Shown here: positions 1 to 9,319 of the stretch, one piece after another
Layout: the number at the start of each line of letters is the position of its first letter
Position numbering within the stretch: position 1 is the first letter of the stretch
Source: Candidatus Methanomethylophilaceae archaeon
GTDB taxonomy: Archaea > Thermoplasmatota > Thermoplasmata > Methanomassiliicoccales > Methanomethylophilaceae
DNA: 64,000 nt
Direction of reading: 5' to 3'
NCBI GenBank assembly: GCA_050944155.1
Contig: JBMNQN010000005.1
Span: 1 to 64,000 of the forward strand
Notes under the pieces: generated by a model
Seen by the model: only the letters and a program-made list of their open reading frames with translations
The model's database searches: none
What the model was told of the DNA's origin: nothing
Program-made: the position numbers and the translations under genes

Positions 1-15
1 CCTTCAGGCCCGCCA
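1..15 (+). tRNA. Probable 3' end of a tRNA gene (possibly tRNA-Lys), cut by the window edge
   Basis: CCTT-CAGGCCC-G-CCA fits the 3' T-stem strand, a 7-nt acceptor strand, discriminator G and an encoded CCA, as in archaeal GGGCCTG/GGGCCCG-type tRNAs. Only 15 nt are visible. Confidence 0.45.
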
Positions 16-164
16 TCCGAACCGGACAATCCCGGATATTTTTGCGTTATTACCGTATCGTTAAGACGACAGAGTCAATGCATTCTGAAAGAATTCGCCG
101 TTACGGTACATTGCCGGGCCGCCGGTACAAATGAATATAACCGAATTAAGCGATAACCGTAACG

Positions 165-641
165 ATGACGCAGCTTAAAGTAAGAGATCTTATGACGACG
201 CAGGTTGTCACGCTCAGACCGAGTGACACTATAAAGCGCGCGACCATCAGATTCGCGGTCGACGACATATCCGGGGCCCCGGTTGTCGACAACAGAAATC
301 ACCTGGTCGGAATCCTGAGCGAAGACGACATTCTCCATCTGATATTACGTCAGCAGGAAAAGATGGGCTCGACCGGAGACAAGATGCTTTCGTACACCCT
401 CGATTCCACCGTAGAAGACGAATCCCTGCGGCTGGCGGCGGACGCGGTTTCCAACACCAAAGTCGAAGAAATAATGACCCGCAGCGTACTTACGACGAGT
501 CCCGACGCGGCAATCATGGACGTACTGAAAGCGATGCTGGAAAGGAAAATCAACCGCGTACCGGTTCTGGAAAAAGGCGTTCTTGTCGGAATAATAACCA
601 GGGGAGACATAGTCTTCCACATTTACAAGAGAAAAATCTGA
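165..641 (+). CDS. CBS domain pair protein
   Basis: Two CBS repeats (VRDLMT...APVVD...LVGILS; VEEIMT...RVPV...LVGIITRGDI). Confidence 0.9.
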   Translation: MTQLKVRDLMTTQVVTLRPSDTIKRATIRFAVDDISGAPVVDNRNHLVGILSEDDILHLILRQQEKMGSTGDKMLSYTLDSTVEDESLRLAADAVSNTKVEEIMTRSVLTTSPDAAIMDVLKAMLERKINRVPVLEKGVLVGIITRGDIVFHIYKRKI

Positions 642-658
642 ACGACGGTGAGGGCGAG

Positions 659-1420
659 GTGTTCGAGGCACACATACTTGCCAGCGGAAGCGATGGCAAT
701 TGTACGGTGATAGAGTCGGACGGCGAAGCCGTCATGATAGACGCGGGGCTTAGCTGCCGCAAGATTCTGAAGCTCATGGAGCGGGAAGGAATCGACAGCG
801 GTTCAGTAAAAGCCATACTTCTGACCCACGAACATTCGGATCACGTTTCCGGCGCCGGAGCAACCGCCAGAAAACTCGATATTCCGATATACTGCAACGT
901 TCCGACATTTCTTTCGTGCAACCTGGGACAGGTGGATTTCAGGCCGATCAGTACGGGTGTGGAATTCGGAATATCCCAGATGAACATACTTGCTCTGCCT
1001 ACGTCACACAACGCGGCGGAACCCAACGCGTTTCTGACCGAATGCGACGGAAAAAGAGTGTTGGTTGCCACCGATACCGGAAAACTGACCCGCCGTGTGG
1101 AAGAAGCGCTGTCCGTTGCCGACGTTGCGATACTCGAATCGAATTACGACCGCAGGATGCTGATCGACGGTCCGTATCCGCCGAGTCTGAAAAAACTCAT
1201 AGAAAGCGACATCGGACACCTTTCGAACACAGCGTGCGCCGACGCAATCAAAAGAACTCACAGAGAGGGAAGAAAAATCTTTCTGGCACATCTCAGCAAA
1301 ACAAACAACACGCCGGATACCGCCAGGGAGACGGTCTCCTCGTTAACGGACATAAAACGGATTTTCATAGACTGTCTGGAATTTCCCGGAGACACGCGCA
1401 CAATCAAGGTGAAAGCTTAA
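659..1420 (+). CDS. MBL-fold metallo-hydrolase, YycJ/WalJ-like
   Basis: LASGSDGN, THEHSDH metal motif, TDTG, ESNYD, GHLSN, AHLS motifs; GTG start. Confidence 0.88.
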   Translation: MFEAHILASGSDGNCTVIESDGEAVMIDAGLSCRKILKLMEREGIDSGSVKAILLTHEHSDHVSGAGATARKLDIPIYCNVPTFLSCNLGQVDFRPISTGVEFGISQMNILALPTSHNAAEPNAFLTECDGKRVLVATDTGKLTRRVEEALSVADVAILESNYDRRMLIDGPYPPSLKKLIESDIGHLSNTACADAIKRTHREGRKIFLAHLSKTNNTPDTARETVSSLTDIKRIFIDCLEFPGDTRTIKVKA

Positions 1421-2153
1421 CGATTTCTGCTTTGTTGACGTTCACCAAAGTATCCGCCATGATTTTCGGAATGGTTGCCAGCTCTTCTTTTTTCAGATTG
1501 TAATCCCTGTCGGGGCCGGCAAACGGCGGAAGGTCTTCGAGAACGCGGATCAGCACGGTATCTTCGACTCCGCCCTTTTCCGTGACGTTCGGAACGGCTT
1601 CCGCAACATCTTCGATAATTTCTTCGGTAAAGGTTTCTTCGAAATCCGATTCGTCGGGATAGTCTTCGATAACGGGCATGTCGCGCAGAGTTTCGGGCAC
1701 GGCCGAAGGCGCGGGACGTTTGGGGGCGTCGATTCTGCTCACCTTGAATCTGGCTTTCCCTCTCTTTCTGTCCACGGCGCAAAGGTGGGAATCCGCGGCG
1801 GAAATCAGGGCATCATAGTATTCTTTTTCCTCTTCGGTAAGAATGTCCACGGAAATCTGCGAACCCTTCGCGGATATGAGTGCCAGAGTGCTGATTTTTC
1901 TCATGCGTTCTTCGGTAATGTCTCTTGCGATCTGTTCGGCTTTTCTTCTGCGCTGGTTCGCACCTTCGCTCATTATCGAGTCCGGGTCTTCGGAAAGAGT
2001 TTTTTCATATTCCGCTTTGAGAGCGGAAATGAGGTCGCACATTGCGGGATACAGATCTGGTCTTACTGCGGTGAGGAGCTTTTTGGTTCTTTCCTCCCGG
2101 TATACCGCGGTAAGATCTTCGAATTTCATAGGTTTATAAGATCCCGTCCTCAT
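1404..2153 (-). CDS. DNA replication GINS subunit (Gins51/Gins15-like)
   Basis: Helical A-domain (YREER...LTEEEKEYY), an acidic linker and a C-terminal B-domain (IRVLEDLPPFAGPDRDYNLKKEELATIP). Start may be 2129. Confidence 0.75.
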   Translation of the reverse strand: MRTGSYKPMKFEDLTAVYREERTKKLLTAVRPDLYPAMCDLISALKAEYEKTLSEDPDSIMSEGANQRRRKAEQIARDITEERMRKISTLALISAKGSQISVDILTEEEKEYYDALISAADSHLCAVDRKRGKARFKVSRIDAPKRPAPSAVPETLRDMPVIEDYPDESDFEETFTEEIIEDVAEAVPNVTEKGGVEDTVLIRVLEDLPPFAGPDRDYNLKKEELATIPKIMADTLVNVNKAEIVKLSP

Positions 2154-2240
2154 CGGAACGAGCTATGTCCTGTCGATATTTTAATTGTCTTCCGGCCCGA
2201 GTTGGGAAAAGAGGTTATTGTTCCAACCACATTACGCCGT

Positions 2241-2537
2241 ATGGAGCTTTCCGATATTTCCAGAAAAGTCCCCGAAGGACTCGAACTGGAAATTTACGTG
2301 TCGCCGCGTTCTTCCCGTTCCGGTCCCGAGGGCATAGACGAATGGAGAAAACGGCTCACGGTCAGAGTTAAGGCGCCGCCGCTCGACGGAAAGGCCAACC
2401 GGGAAGTCGAAGAAATATTCGCAGAAATAACCGGAATGAAGTCCGAAATCGTTAACGGCGTTACGGACAGAAGAAAAACGGTGCTTGTCAGGGGAGACCC
2501 GGAAACGGCACTGAAAAAAATCGAAGAGTGCATATGA
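2241..2537 (+). CDS. DUF167/UPF0235 (YggU-like) protein
   Basis: LTVRVKAPPLDGKANREV motif. ATG 2241 chosen over the long upstream extension; ATGA overlap with the next gene. Confidence 0.85.
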   Translation: MELSDISRKVPEGLELEIYVSPRSSRSGPEGIDEWRKRLTVRVKAPPLDGKANREVEEIFAEITGMKSEIVNGVTDRRKTVLVRGDPETALKKIEECI

Positions 2538-2932
2538 GCGATGAAGAGCGTTACGAACAGATTCTGCTGGTTCTCGAAGACCTGGAAGAGATGTCTTACG
2601 ACTGCGTCATTCTCGTGGAAGGACGCAGAGACGTTACCGCACTGAACCATCTGGGTATTTACGGAGATTTTTACACGGTACAGTCTTCCGGCGGACCTCT
2701 GAAAGCCGCGGAATACGTATTTTCCACGAAGAAAAAAGCGGTAATTCTGACGGATTGGGACAGGAAAGGAGACATCATAGCGTCGGATCTGGCAATCCAA
2801 CTGAGCGCTCTGGACATACAGTACGATCTGTCGGTACGCGACCGTTTGGCCAGTCTGTGCAGAATCGACATCAAGGACGTTCAGTCCCTGGACGAGCTGG
2901 TAAATCGTCTGGCGGAAATGAACATACGATAA
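2534..2932 (+). CDS. Small TOPRIM-domain protein (UPF0292-like)
   Basis: ILVEGRRD and ILTDWDRKG TOPRIM motifs. Confidence 0.85.
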   Translation: MSDEERYEQILLVLEDLEEMSYDCVILVEGRRDVTALNHLGIYGDFYTVQSSGGPLKAAEYVFSTKKKAVILTDWDRKGDIIASDLAIQLSALDIQYDLSVRDRLASLCRIDIKDVQSLDELVNRLAEMNIR

Positions 2933-2964
2933 TATACGGATTAAATCATTGGCAGATGTTGGGA

Positions 2965-3549
2965 ATGAAAGGCCGTTTCATAGTTTTCGAAGGCATCGAC
3001 GGTGCCGGAAAAACGACGCTCATCGGAAAACTTGTCGAATATATGGTTTCCGAGGGAAAGAAAGTAAAAACTACCGCCGAACCCACTTCCGAACCCATCG
3101 GCGCTCTCATAAGAAACGGTGCCGCCGGAATGTGCCAGAAGGCCGAAGCGCTGCTTTTCGCGGCCGACCGTGCCTGCCATACGGAACAGATTTCCGACTG
3201 GATGGAGGAAGGATACACAGTGCTGTGCGACAGATACTACGCCTCATCCATGGCGTATCAGTCGGCGGGTTTGGACGGGGATGCGGCGGACCGTGAATGG
3301 CTTGCCGAGATAAACCGTCCCATAATCCGCGAACCGGATATGACCGTACTCCTGGACATAGATCCGGAAACGAGCATGCGCCGCGTGGGGGAACGGGGAG
3401 AAGCGAGCAGATTTGAAAAGACGGAATTCCTGCGCAGAGTGCGCGCCGTATATCTGGAACTGGCATCGGAAAAAGGATTCCGGGTGGTGGACGCTTCCCG
3501 CCCGGAAGAAAATGTATTCGAAGAAGTGCTTAGAATAATAGGTGAATGA
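2965..3549 (+). CDS. tmk: Thymidylate kinase
   Basis: FIVFEGIDGAGKTT P-loop, LLFAADR, CDRYYASSMAYQ. Confidence 0.95.
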   Translation: MKGRFIVFEGIDGAGKTTLIGKLVEYMVSEGKKVKTTAEPTSEPIGALIRNGAAGMCQKAEALLFAADRACHTEQISDWMEEGYTVLCDRYYASSMAYQSAGLDGDAADREWLAEINRPIIREPDMTVLLDIDPETSMRRVGERGEASRFEKTEFLRRVRAVYLELASEKGFRVVDASRPEENVFEEVLRIIGE

Positions 3550-4741
3550 AATGCATCCCGCCGAAGAAATTTATTGCGAAAAGAGCAGCAGACTCAAAGG
3601 AAAAACAGTGGCTCTCGGAATAACCGGAAGCATTGCGGCAACGGAATGTTTCGGCACCGTCAGAGAACTGATCAGACACGGAGCGAAGGTAATCCCGGTA
3701 ATGACTCAGGCGGCCTGCGGCATAGTCACTCCACAAACCATGGAGTTTGCATCCGGAAACGAACCCGTAACCGAACTTACGGGGCAGACGGAACACATTA
3801 AACTGATGGGAGATTCCCGTTCCGCGGACCTTCTTATGATTTATCCGGCCACCGCCAACACGATTTCCAAAATCGCTTGCGGAATCGACGACACACCGGT
3901 CACGTCGCTTGCCACCGTTGCCATAGGAAACGGAATTCCCGTCGCGATAGCTCCCGCGATGCACGAATCCATGCTGAAAAATCCCGCCGTGGCCGCGAAT
4001 CTCGAAAAACTCAAAGAAATGGGTGTCAAAGTGATAGGTCCTTACTGCGAGGGAGGCAGGGCAAAAGTGGCGTCCAGGGAAGAAGTCGTTGCATGGGCGT
4101 TCAAACTTCTCTGCGGAAACGATCTTGACGGCCGTAGCATACTGATTATAGGCGGACGCAGCGAGGAACCCATAGACAGCATGAGGATCATAACCAACCG
4201 TTCCACCGGACTCATGTCCGCGTCTCTGGCGAGAAGAGCCTTCGAAAGGGGTGCCGACGTGGAACTTTGGATGGGAGGTTCCAGCGTAGAATATCCCGGA
4301 TACGTGAAAACCCGCAGATTCGAAACCGTTGCGGATCTTGTGAAAATGGTGGACGGAATAAATCACGAGATTGTAATCGTCCCCGCGGCACTGTCCGATT
4401 TCGCGCCTCTGAAGCCTTTCGAAGGGAAAATACCCAGCGATTCCAAATTCGAAGCGGATTTCACTCCCGTTCCCAAGGTTCTGCCTTTAATCCGCAAAAA
4501 ATGCGACAAAGTCATAGGATTCAAAGCCGAGTCCGGTCTCACGGACGCACAGCTTACGAAACGTGCCAGACAGCGCATGGAACAGTACGATCTGCGTGCA
4601 GTGGTGGCCAACGATATCGACGCGGCGGGAATGTCCGCTTCGTCAGCACTGCTGGTGACTCCAGATTCCGTAAAGGACATATCGGGAACGAAAATCCACA
4701 TTTCGGATTCGATACTCGACTACTGTTCGGAGAACCTATGA
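3542..4741 (+). CDS. coaBC: Bifunctional phosphopantothenoylcysteine decarboxylase/synthetase
   Basis: GITGSIAA, PATANTISKIACGIDD, APAMH, EPIDSMRIITNRSTG, GFKAE, VAND. Confidence 0.95.
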   Translation: MNEMHPAEEIYCEKSSRLKGKTVALGITGSIAATECFGTVRELIRHGAKVIPVMTQAACGIVTPQTMEFASGNEPVTELTGQTEHIKLMGDSRSADLLMIYPATANTISKIACGIDDTPVTSLATVAIGNGIPVAIAPAMHESMLKNPAVAANLEKLKEMGVKVIGPYCEGGRAKVASREEVVAWAFKLLCGNDLDGRSILIIGGRSEEPIDSMRIITNRSTGLMSASLARRAFERGADVELWMGGSSVEYPGYVKTRRFETVADLVKMVDGINHEIVIVPAALSDFAPLKPFEGKIPSDSKFEADFTPVPKVLPLIRKKCDKVIGFKAESGLTDAQLTKRARQRMEQYDLRAVVANDIDAAGMSASSALLVTPDSVKDISGTKIHISDSILDYCSENL

Positions 4742-5598
4742 TTTCGGCTTTCTGTCCGGGACACATAACTTGTTTTTTCCGGCCGGTCCGGTCGGCAAAC
4801 CCCCTGTCCGCGGGATCCGTGGGAGCCGGCATACGGATAAGTCTCGGTTCCACGGTCACTCTCGAACGCCGTGCCGACAGTGAAATAAAAACATCGGTAG
4901 ACGGAGAGCCCTTCGATGCAAAAATAATCGAAGACACGATAAGATATCTCGAACCCGCGGGCGGTTACGACGTCGAAGTACGCCGCGATCTTCCCGGCAG
5001 TCAGGGATTCGGAATGTCCGCGGCCGACGCGGTGGCTTCGGCGCTGTGCATATGCGCCCTGTCGGGAAAAAGCGAAGAGGAAGGATACAGAGCCGCCCAC
5101 GTCGCCGATATGAAAAACGGAGGGGGGCGCGGAGACGTGGCAGGCATAATGTCACACTGCCGCCAGCCCACAAGGACGGAAGCGGGAATCCCTCCGTTCG
5201 GAAAGACGGTCGATTTCGGAGTCGGACTGGACCGCATATCCCTGGCCGTTCTGGGAAATCCGACAGTCACTGGCACTGTTCTTTCGGACAGAGAAAAATC
5301 GATCAGAATAAGAAACGCGGGTTCCGAAGCCGTTAAACGGTATATCGGAAATCCGTCCGAGGAGTCACTTTACGGAATTTCCAACGTATTCTCCGCCGAA
5401 GCGGAAGTCAGAACCCCGGAAGTGAAATACGCACTGGAAAAACTGAGAGAAGAAGGTCTGAACGGAGCCATGTGCATGCTGGGAAACAGTATTTTTTCTT
5501 CCGCCAGTGAAGAAGTTCTTAGACAACTTCTTCCGGATGCTTACGTGGTTTCCTGCAGGGCAACGTCCGAACAGGCGAAAATCATTCGTAGAGAGTGA
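4738..5598 (+). CDS. Pantoate kinase (GHMP family)
   Basis: AFCPGHITCFF N-terminus, PGSQGFGMSAA GHMP loop, AHVAD...GRGDV, MCMLGNSIF; ATGA overlap with coaBC. Confidence 0.85.
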   Translation: MISAFCPGHITCFFRPVRSANPLSAGSVGAGIRISLGSTVTLERRADSEIKTSVDGEPFDAKIIEDTIRYLEPAGGYDVEVRRDLPGSQGFGMSAADAVASALCICALSGKSEEEGYRAAHVADMKNGGGRGDVAGIMSHCRQPTRTEAGIPPFGKTVDFGVGLDRISLAVLGNPTVTGTVLSDREKSIRIRNAGSEAVKRYIGNPSEESLYGISNVFSAEAEVRTPEVKYALEKLREEGLNGAMCMLGNSIFSSASEEVLRQLLPDAYVVSCRATSEQAKIIRRE

Positions 5599-5881
5599 AA
5601 AGAACGTCGTCCCCGCCGGTATCGAACAGACCTATTCTCGCTCCGCAGTCTATCCATCCGTGGGCGTAATTCACGGCGGCGAAAGCGGTCACGAAATCTC
5701 TGCTGTTGCGGAAATGGACTGCGTCTTTGTAATACGATTCCGCCATTTCCAGAAAGTCGTCCGCCAACCGTTTTCCGAAAGACCTTTCCGGCGGAGAAAC
5801 TCTGAGTTTTTCCAGAGCCCGTTTCGTGACGTCCAGATATCTGTCGATTTTTTCCTCGGATACCGTGCAGTTTCCGGCCAT
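5582..5881 (-). CDS. DUF357 protein
   Basis: MAESYYKDAVHF...AFAAVNYAHGWIDCGARIGLF is typical of DUF357. Confidence 0.85.
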   Translation of the reverse strand: MAGNCTVSEEKIDRYLDVTKRALEKLRVSPPERSFGKRLADDFLEMAESYYKDAVHFRNSRDFVTAFAAVNYAHGWIDCGARIGLFDTGGDDVLFTLYE

Positions 5882-5966
5882 GTTTACTCGATGGCAACGG
5901 CGGATTTAACGTTATTCGGTCCCCCTCGGCGAATAATATAATAGGCCGACATTCAATCGCGGTTTC

Positions 5967-6821
5967 ATGATAGTAGTGGGCGGGTCTTCATCCAGGGATC
6001 TTGCGAAAGAATTGGCGGGTCTTCTGGGCTGCGCTTACATTCAGGCAGCGACAACCAAATTTCCCGACGGAGAGTGTTATACCAGAATCGACCAGAGCGA
6101 GCTCGACGATGACGTGGTAATCGTTCAGAACACATATCCCGATTCGAATCTCATCGAGATGTTTCTCCTCCAGGACGCCGTGAGAAGACTCGGTGCCAGA
6201 AAAATGATTCTTGTGATTCCTTACTTCGGATACGCAAGGCAGGACAGGGTTTTCAAACCCGGAGAACCCGAGAGCGCCAAGGTGATGACCAAACATCTGG
6301 GTCTCGACTGCGACAGAGTCATAACCGTGGATATTCATAAAGAAGCCGTTCTCGACTACTTCGAGTGCGAACACGAAGATCTGAAGGCCGCCTCCGCAAT
6401 CGCGGACTATTTCAAGGACAGGGATATAGATTTGGTCCTGTCCCCTGATGTGGGAGCCCTTTCCAGAGTCAGGGACGTCGCAAACCGCCTGGGTCTGAAA
6501 TACGACCATCTTCAGAAAGTGCGTCTTTCCGGTTCGGAAGTCAAAATCATGCCGTCCGAGATGGACTGCAGCGGAATGAACGTTCTCATCGTAGACGATA
6601 TGATTTCCACCGGAGGAACCATAATCGCAGCCGCCCAGGCCCTCAGGGAAGCGGGAGCGGAAAGCATATCCGTTGCATGTACCCACGGCGTGTTCGTAAA
6701 CAATGCGGTGGAGCGTCTCACTGGGAGCGCCCTGGATACGGTTCTCTGCTGCAACACCATAGAAAACGAGCTGTCCCACATATCCGTGGCACCTCTCATC
6801 GCCGACGCCCTCAGGAGGTGA
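5967..6821 (+). CDS. prs: Ribose-phosphate pyrophosphokinase
   Basis: FPDGE, PYFGYARQDR, VDIH, SPDVG, LIVDDMISTGGT, CTHGVF. Confidence 0.96.
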   Translation: MIVVGGSSSRDLAKELAGLLGCAYIQAATTKFPDGECYTRIDQSELDDDVVIVQNTYPDSNLIEMFLLQDAVRRLGARKMILVIPYFGYARQDRVFKPGEPESAKVMTKHLGLDCDRVITVDIHKEAVLDYFECEHEDLKAASAIADYFKDRDIDLVLSPDVGALSRVRDVANRLGLKYDHLQKVRLSGSEVKIMPSEMDCSGMNVLIVDDMISTGGTIIAAAQALREAGAESISVACTHGVFVNNAVERLTGSALDTVLCCNTIENELSHISVAPLIADALRR

Positions 6822-6825
6822 ATCC

Positions 6826-8247
6826 GTGAAGAAGGAAGAGAACTTCGGCGAGTGGTACAACGACATCGTCGAAACGGCCGGACTCAGCGACAAACGCTAC
6901 CCGATTAAGGGAATGAACGTTTGGACCCCGTACGGCTGGAAAATCATGACGATGATCGATTCGTACATCAGAAGAGAGCTCGAATCCACCGGCCACGGGG
7001 AAGTGAATTTTCCTCTGCTGATTCCGGAAACCGAATTCAAAAAGGAAAAAGAGCACATCAAAGGTTTCGATTCGGAAGTTTACTGGGTAACCCGTGCGGG
7101 AAACAACGAACTGGACGTCCCGCTAGTCGTGAGACCCACTTCGGAAACCGCGATGTACCCCATGTTTTCTCTGTGGATAAGATCCCACCAGGACCTCCCC
7201 CTCAAGATATACCAGATTGTGAACACGTTCCGTTACGAAACCAAGCAGACCCGCGCCTTTATGAGAGTAAGGGAAATCCACTTTTTCGAATCCCATACCT
7301 GCCACGTTTCTGAGGAAGACGCACAGTGCCAGATAGAGGAAGACATACGCATGCTGGAAGAAATTTCCAGGGAACTGTGTCTCCCCCATTTTCTTTTGGT
7401 GCGCACGGACTGGGATAAATTCCCCGGCGCCCATTATACGGTGGGCATTGACACGGTCATGCCAGGCGGACGCACGCTGCAGATAGGTTCCATACATCAT
7501 TACCGCACCAATTTCTCCGTACCCTATGACATAACCTTCGAAGATCTGGACGGAGAGCACAAACACGTGCATCAGACGACTTTCGGAATGAGCGAACGTC
7601 TCCTCGGTGCGGTAATCGGCATACACGGCGACGACAAGGGACTGATTCTCCCTCCGCCCATAGCGCCGTATCAGGTCGTAGTCATTCCGATCATTTCGAA
7701 AAAGAGCGGAGAGGAAGTTCTCGACGTGTGCAGAATGGTCACCGATGTCCTCAACAGAAGCGGAATAAGAACCAAACTGGACAACAGCGACGCAAGGCCC
7801 GGAGCAAAATATTACGAATGGGAAATGCGCGGAGTCCCTCTCCGTATCGAGATAGGTGCCAGAGACCTGGAAAACAAGTCCGTCACCTTCGCCAGAAGGG
7901 ACACGGGCGAGAAGGGAACCATATCCCTGGATTCTCTCGTTTCCGGGATCCAACTGCTTTTCGATGATATTTCTTCCGTTCTTTACGCCAGAGCCAAAGA
8001 AGTTCAGGAATCCATGGTCACCGACATATCTTCGTACGAAGATGCACCAAAAGCTTCGGACGAGATCCAGAACGTTCCGGTTCTCAGATTCTTCTGGTGC
8101 GGAAGCGAGGAATGCGGCCATAAATTCGAGGATTCCACCGGATTCAAAATATTGGGAACCCCCTACGGAAAAGAAAAAACCGAAGGCAAATGCGCCGTCT
8201 GCGGCAAAAACGCAGGGAAACGTGCGTACGCGGCCCGCCCCATGTGA
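6826..8247 (+). CDS. proS: Proline--tRNA ligase (archaeal/eukaryotic type)
   Basis: RPTSETAMY, FRYETK...FMRVREI, HQTTFGMSER, anticodon domain and C-terminal Zn motif. Confidence 0.97.
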   Translation: MKKEENFGEWYNDIVETAGLSDKRYPIKGMNVWTPYGWKIMTMIDSYIRRELESTGHGEVNFPLLIPETEFKKEKEHIKGFDSEVYWVTRAGNNELDVPLVVRPTSETAMYPMFSLWIRSHQDLPLKIYQIVNTFRYETKQTRAFMRVREIHFFESHTCHVSEEDAQCQIEEDIRMLEEISRELCLPHFLLVRTDWDKFPGAHYTVGIDTVMPGGRTLQIGSIHHYRTNFSVPYDITFEDLDGEHKHVHQTTFGMSERLLGAVIGIHGDDKGLILPPPIAPYQVVVIPIISKKSGEEVLDVCRMVTDVLNRSGIRTKLDNSDARPGAKYYEWEMRGVPLRIEIGARDLENKSVTFARRDTGEKGTISLDSLVSGIQLLFDDISSVLYARAKEVQESMVTDISSYEDAPKASDEIQNVPVLRFFWCGSEECGHKFEDSTGFKILGTPYGKEKTEGKCAVCGKNAGKRAYAARPM

Positions 8248-8254
8248 TGATAAT

Positions 8255-9019
8255 ATGGCGTTCAGGGAGAACGAACTCGTATATGCCGAAGATTCTTCGG
8301 GAAAAAGACACTGGTTCAGAATGTCCGGAGGCATGATCAAGATACCTTCGCTGGGCACGCTCGACGGCGGAAGACTCATGGATTCCGAAGACGGCTCCGC
8401 GTTTTCTCTCGCAGGCGAAGAATTTTTCCTGTTCCGTCCCGGTGTCACAGAACTTATGGATTCCCTGGACAGGGGAGCACAGATTATCACTCCGAAAGAC
8501 GCGGCTTCGATTCTTCTGAACTGCGACGTAAAGTGCGGAGACACCGTTCTGGAAGTGGGAGCGGGTTCGGGAGGTCTCACCACCGCCCTTCTGCACGCAA
8601 CCGCGTGCAGCGGAAAAGTGGTCACCGTCGAACTGAAAGAAGAAAACGCCAAAATAACAAGAAGAAACGTTTCCCGCAGCGGGTGGAAAGAACGCTGGGA
8701 ATGCGTAATGGGCGACGCCAAATCCGTATCGTTGGATTTGACTGCGGACGTTCTTACCATGGACATGCCCGACCCGTGGCTCGCGTTGGACAATCTTCTT
8801 CCCCATCTGCGTTCGGGAGGCAGAATCTGCATCTACGTTCCCAACATGAATCAGATGGAATCTTCGGTACTGGCACTCCGCGAACGCGGGTTCGCCGGCG
8901 TGAGAGCCGTCGAGAACATACAGCGGGGAATGGACGTGCATCCGGGAGGGGTAAGACCTGCCTACGAGATGCTCAGTCACACGGGCTATCTGATATTCGG
9001 ACGCAAACGGACTTTCTGA
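8255..9019 (+). CDS. trmI: tRNA (adenine-N1)-methyltransferase
   Basis: RGAQIITPKD, LEVGAGSGGLT, DMPDPW, HTGYLIFGRK. Confidence 0.92.
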   Translation: MAFRENELVYAEDSSGKRHWFRMSGGMIKIPSLGTLDGGRLMDSEDGSAFSLAGEEFFLFRPGVTELMDSLDRGAQIITPKDAASILLNCDVKCGDTVLEVGAGSGGLTTALLHATACSGKVVTVELKEENAKITRRNVSRSGWKERWECVMGDAKSVSLDLTADVLTMDMPDPWLALDNLLPHLRSGGRICIYVPNMNQMESSVLALRERGFAGVRAVENIQRGMDVHPGGVRPAYEMLSHTGYLIFGRKRTF

Positions 9020-9075
9020 TGACTTTTTCCCGGTTCGGCGCATAACATATTAAGCCGTGTGCGATACGAGTTGTC

Positions 9076-9315
9076 ATGACAGTATTGGAAATCCGCATCG
9101 AACTCAAAAAGGGCGTAGCCGACCCCGAGGGAAGGAACACCAAAAAAGCCTTGGAGGCTCTCGGTTTCGAAGGAATTGGGGAAGTGAAGACGGTCAAGGT
9201 CTACGACGTGGAACTTGACTGCGGTCCCGAAGAAGCAGTCAGGGAAGGCGAGGAGATGTGCAGAAAACTCCTCGCGAATCCGGTGATTCAGAATTTCAAA
9301 GTAACCGTGAGATGA
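9076..9315 (+). CDS. purS: FGAM synthase subunit PurS
   Basis: LKKGVADPEG and MCRKLLANPVI motifs; first gene of purSLQ. Confidence 0.95.
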   Translation: MTVLEIRIELKKGVADPEGRNTKKALEALGFEGIGEVKTVKVYDVELDCGPEEAVREGEEMCRKLLANPVIQNFKVTVR

Positions 9316-9319
9316 TCCG

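Noticed and set aside
4267-4737. Long N-terminal extensions in the ORF track (also those starting at 1785, 7856, 41665, 43456, 46848 and 49810)
   Set aside because: They overlap neighbouring genes in another frame. Family similarity begins at the downstream starts, often at ATGA/GTGA overlaps.
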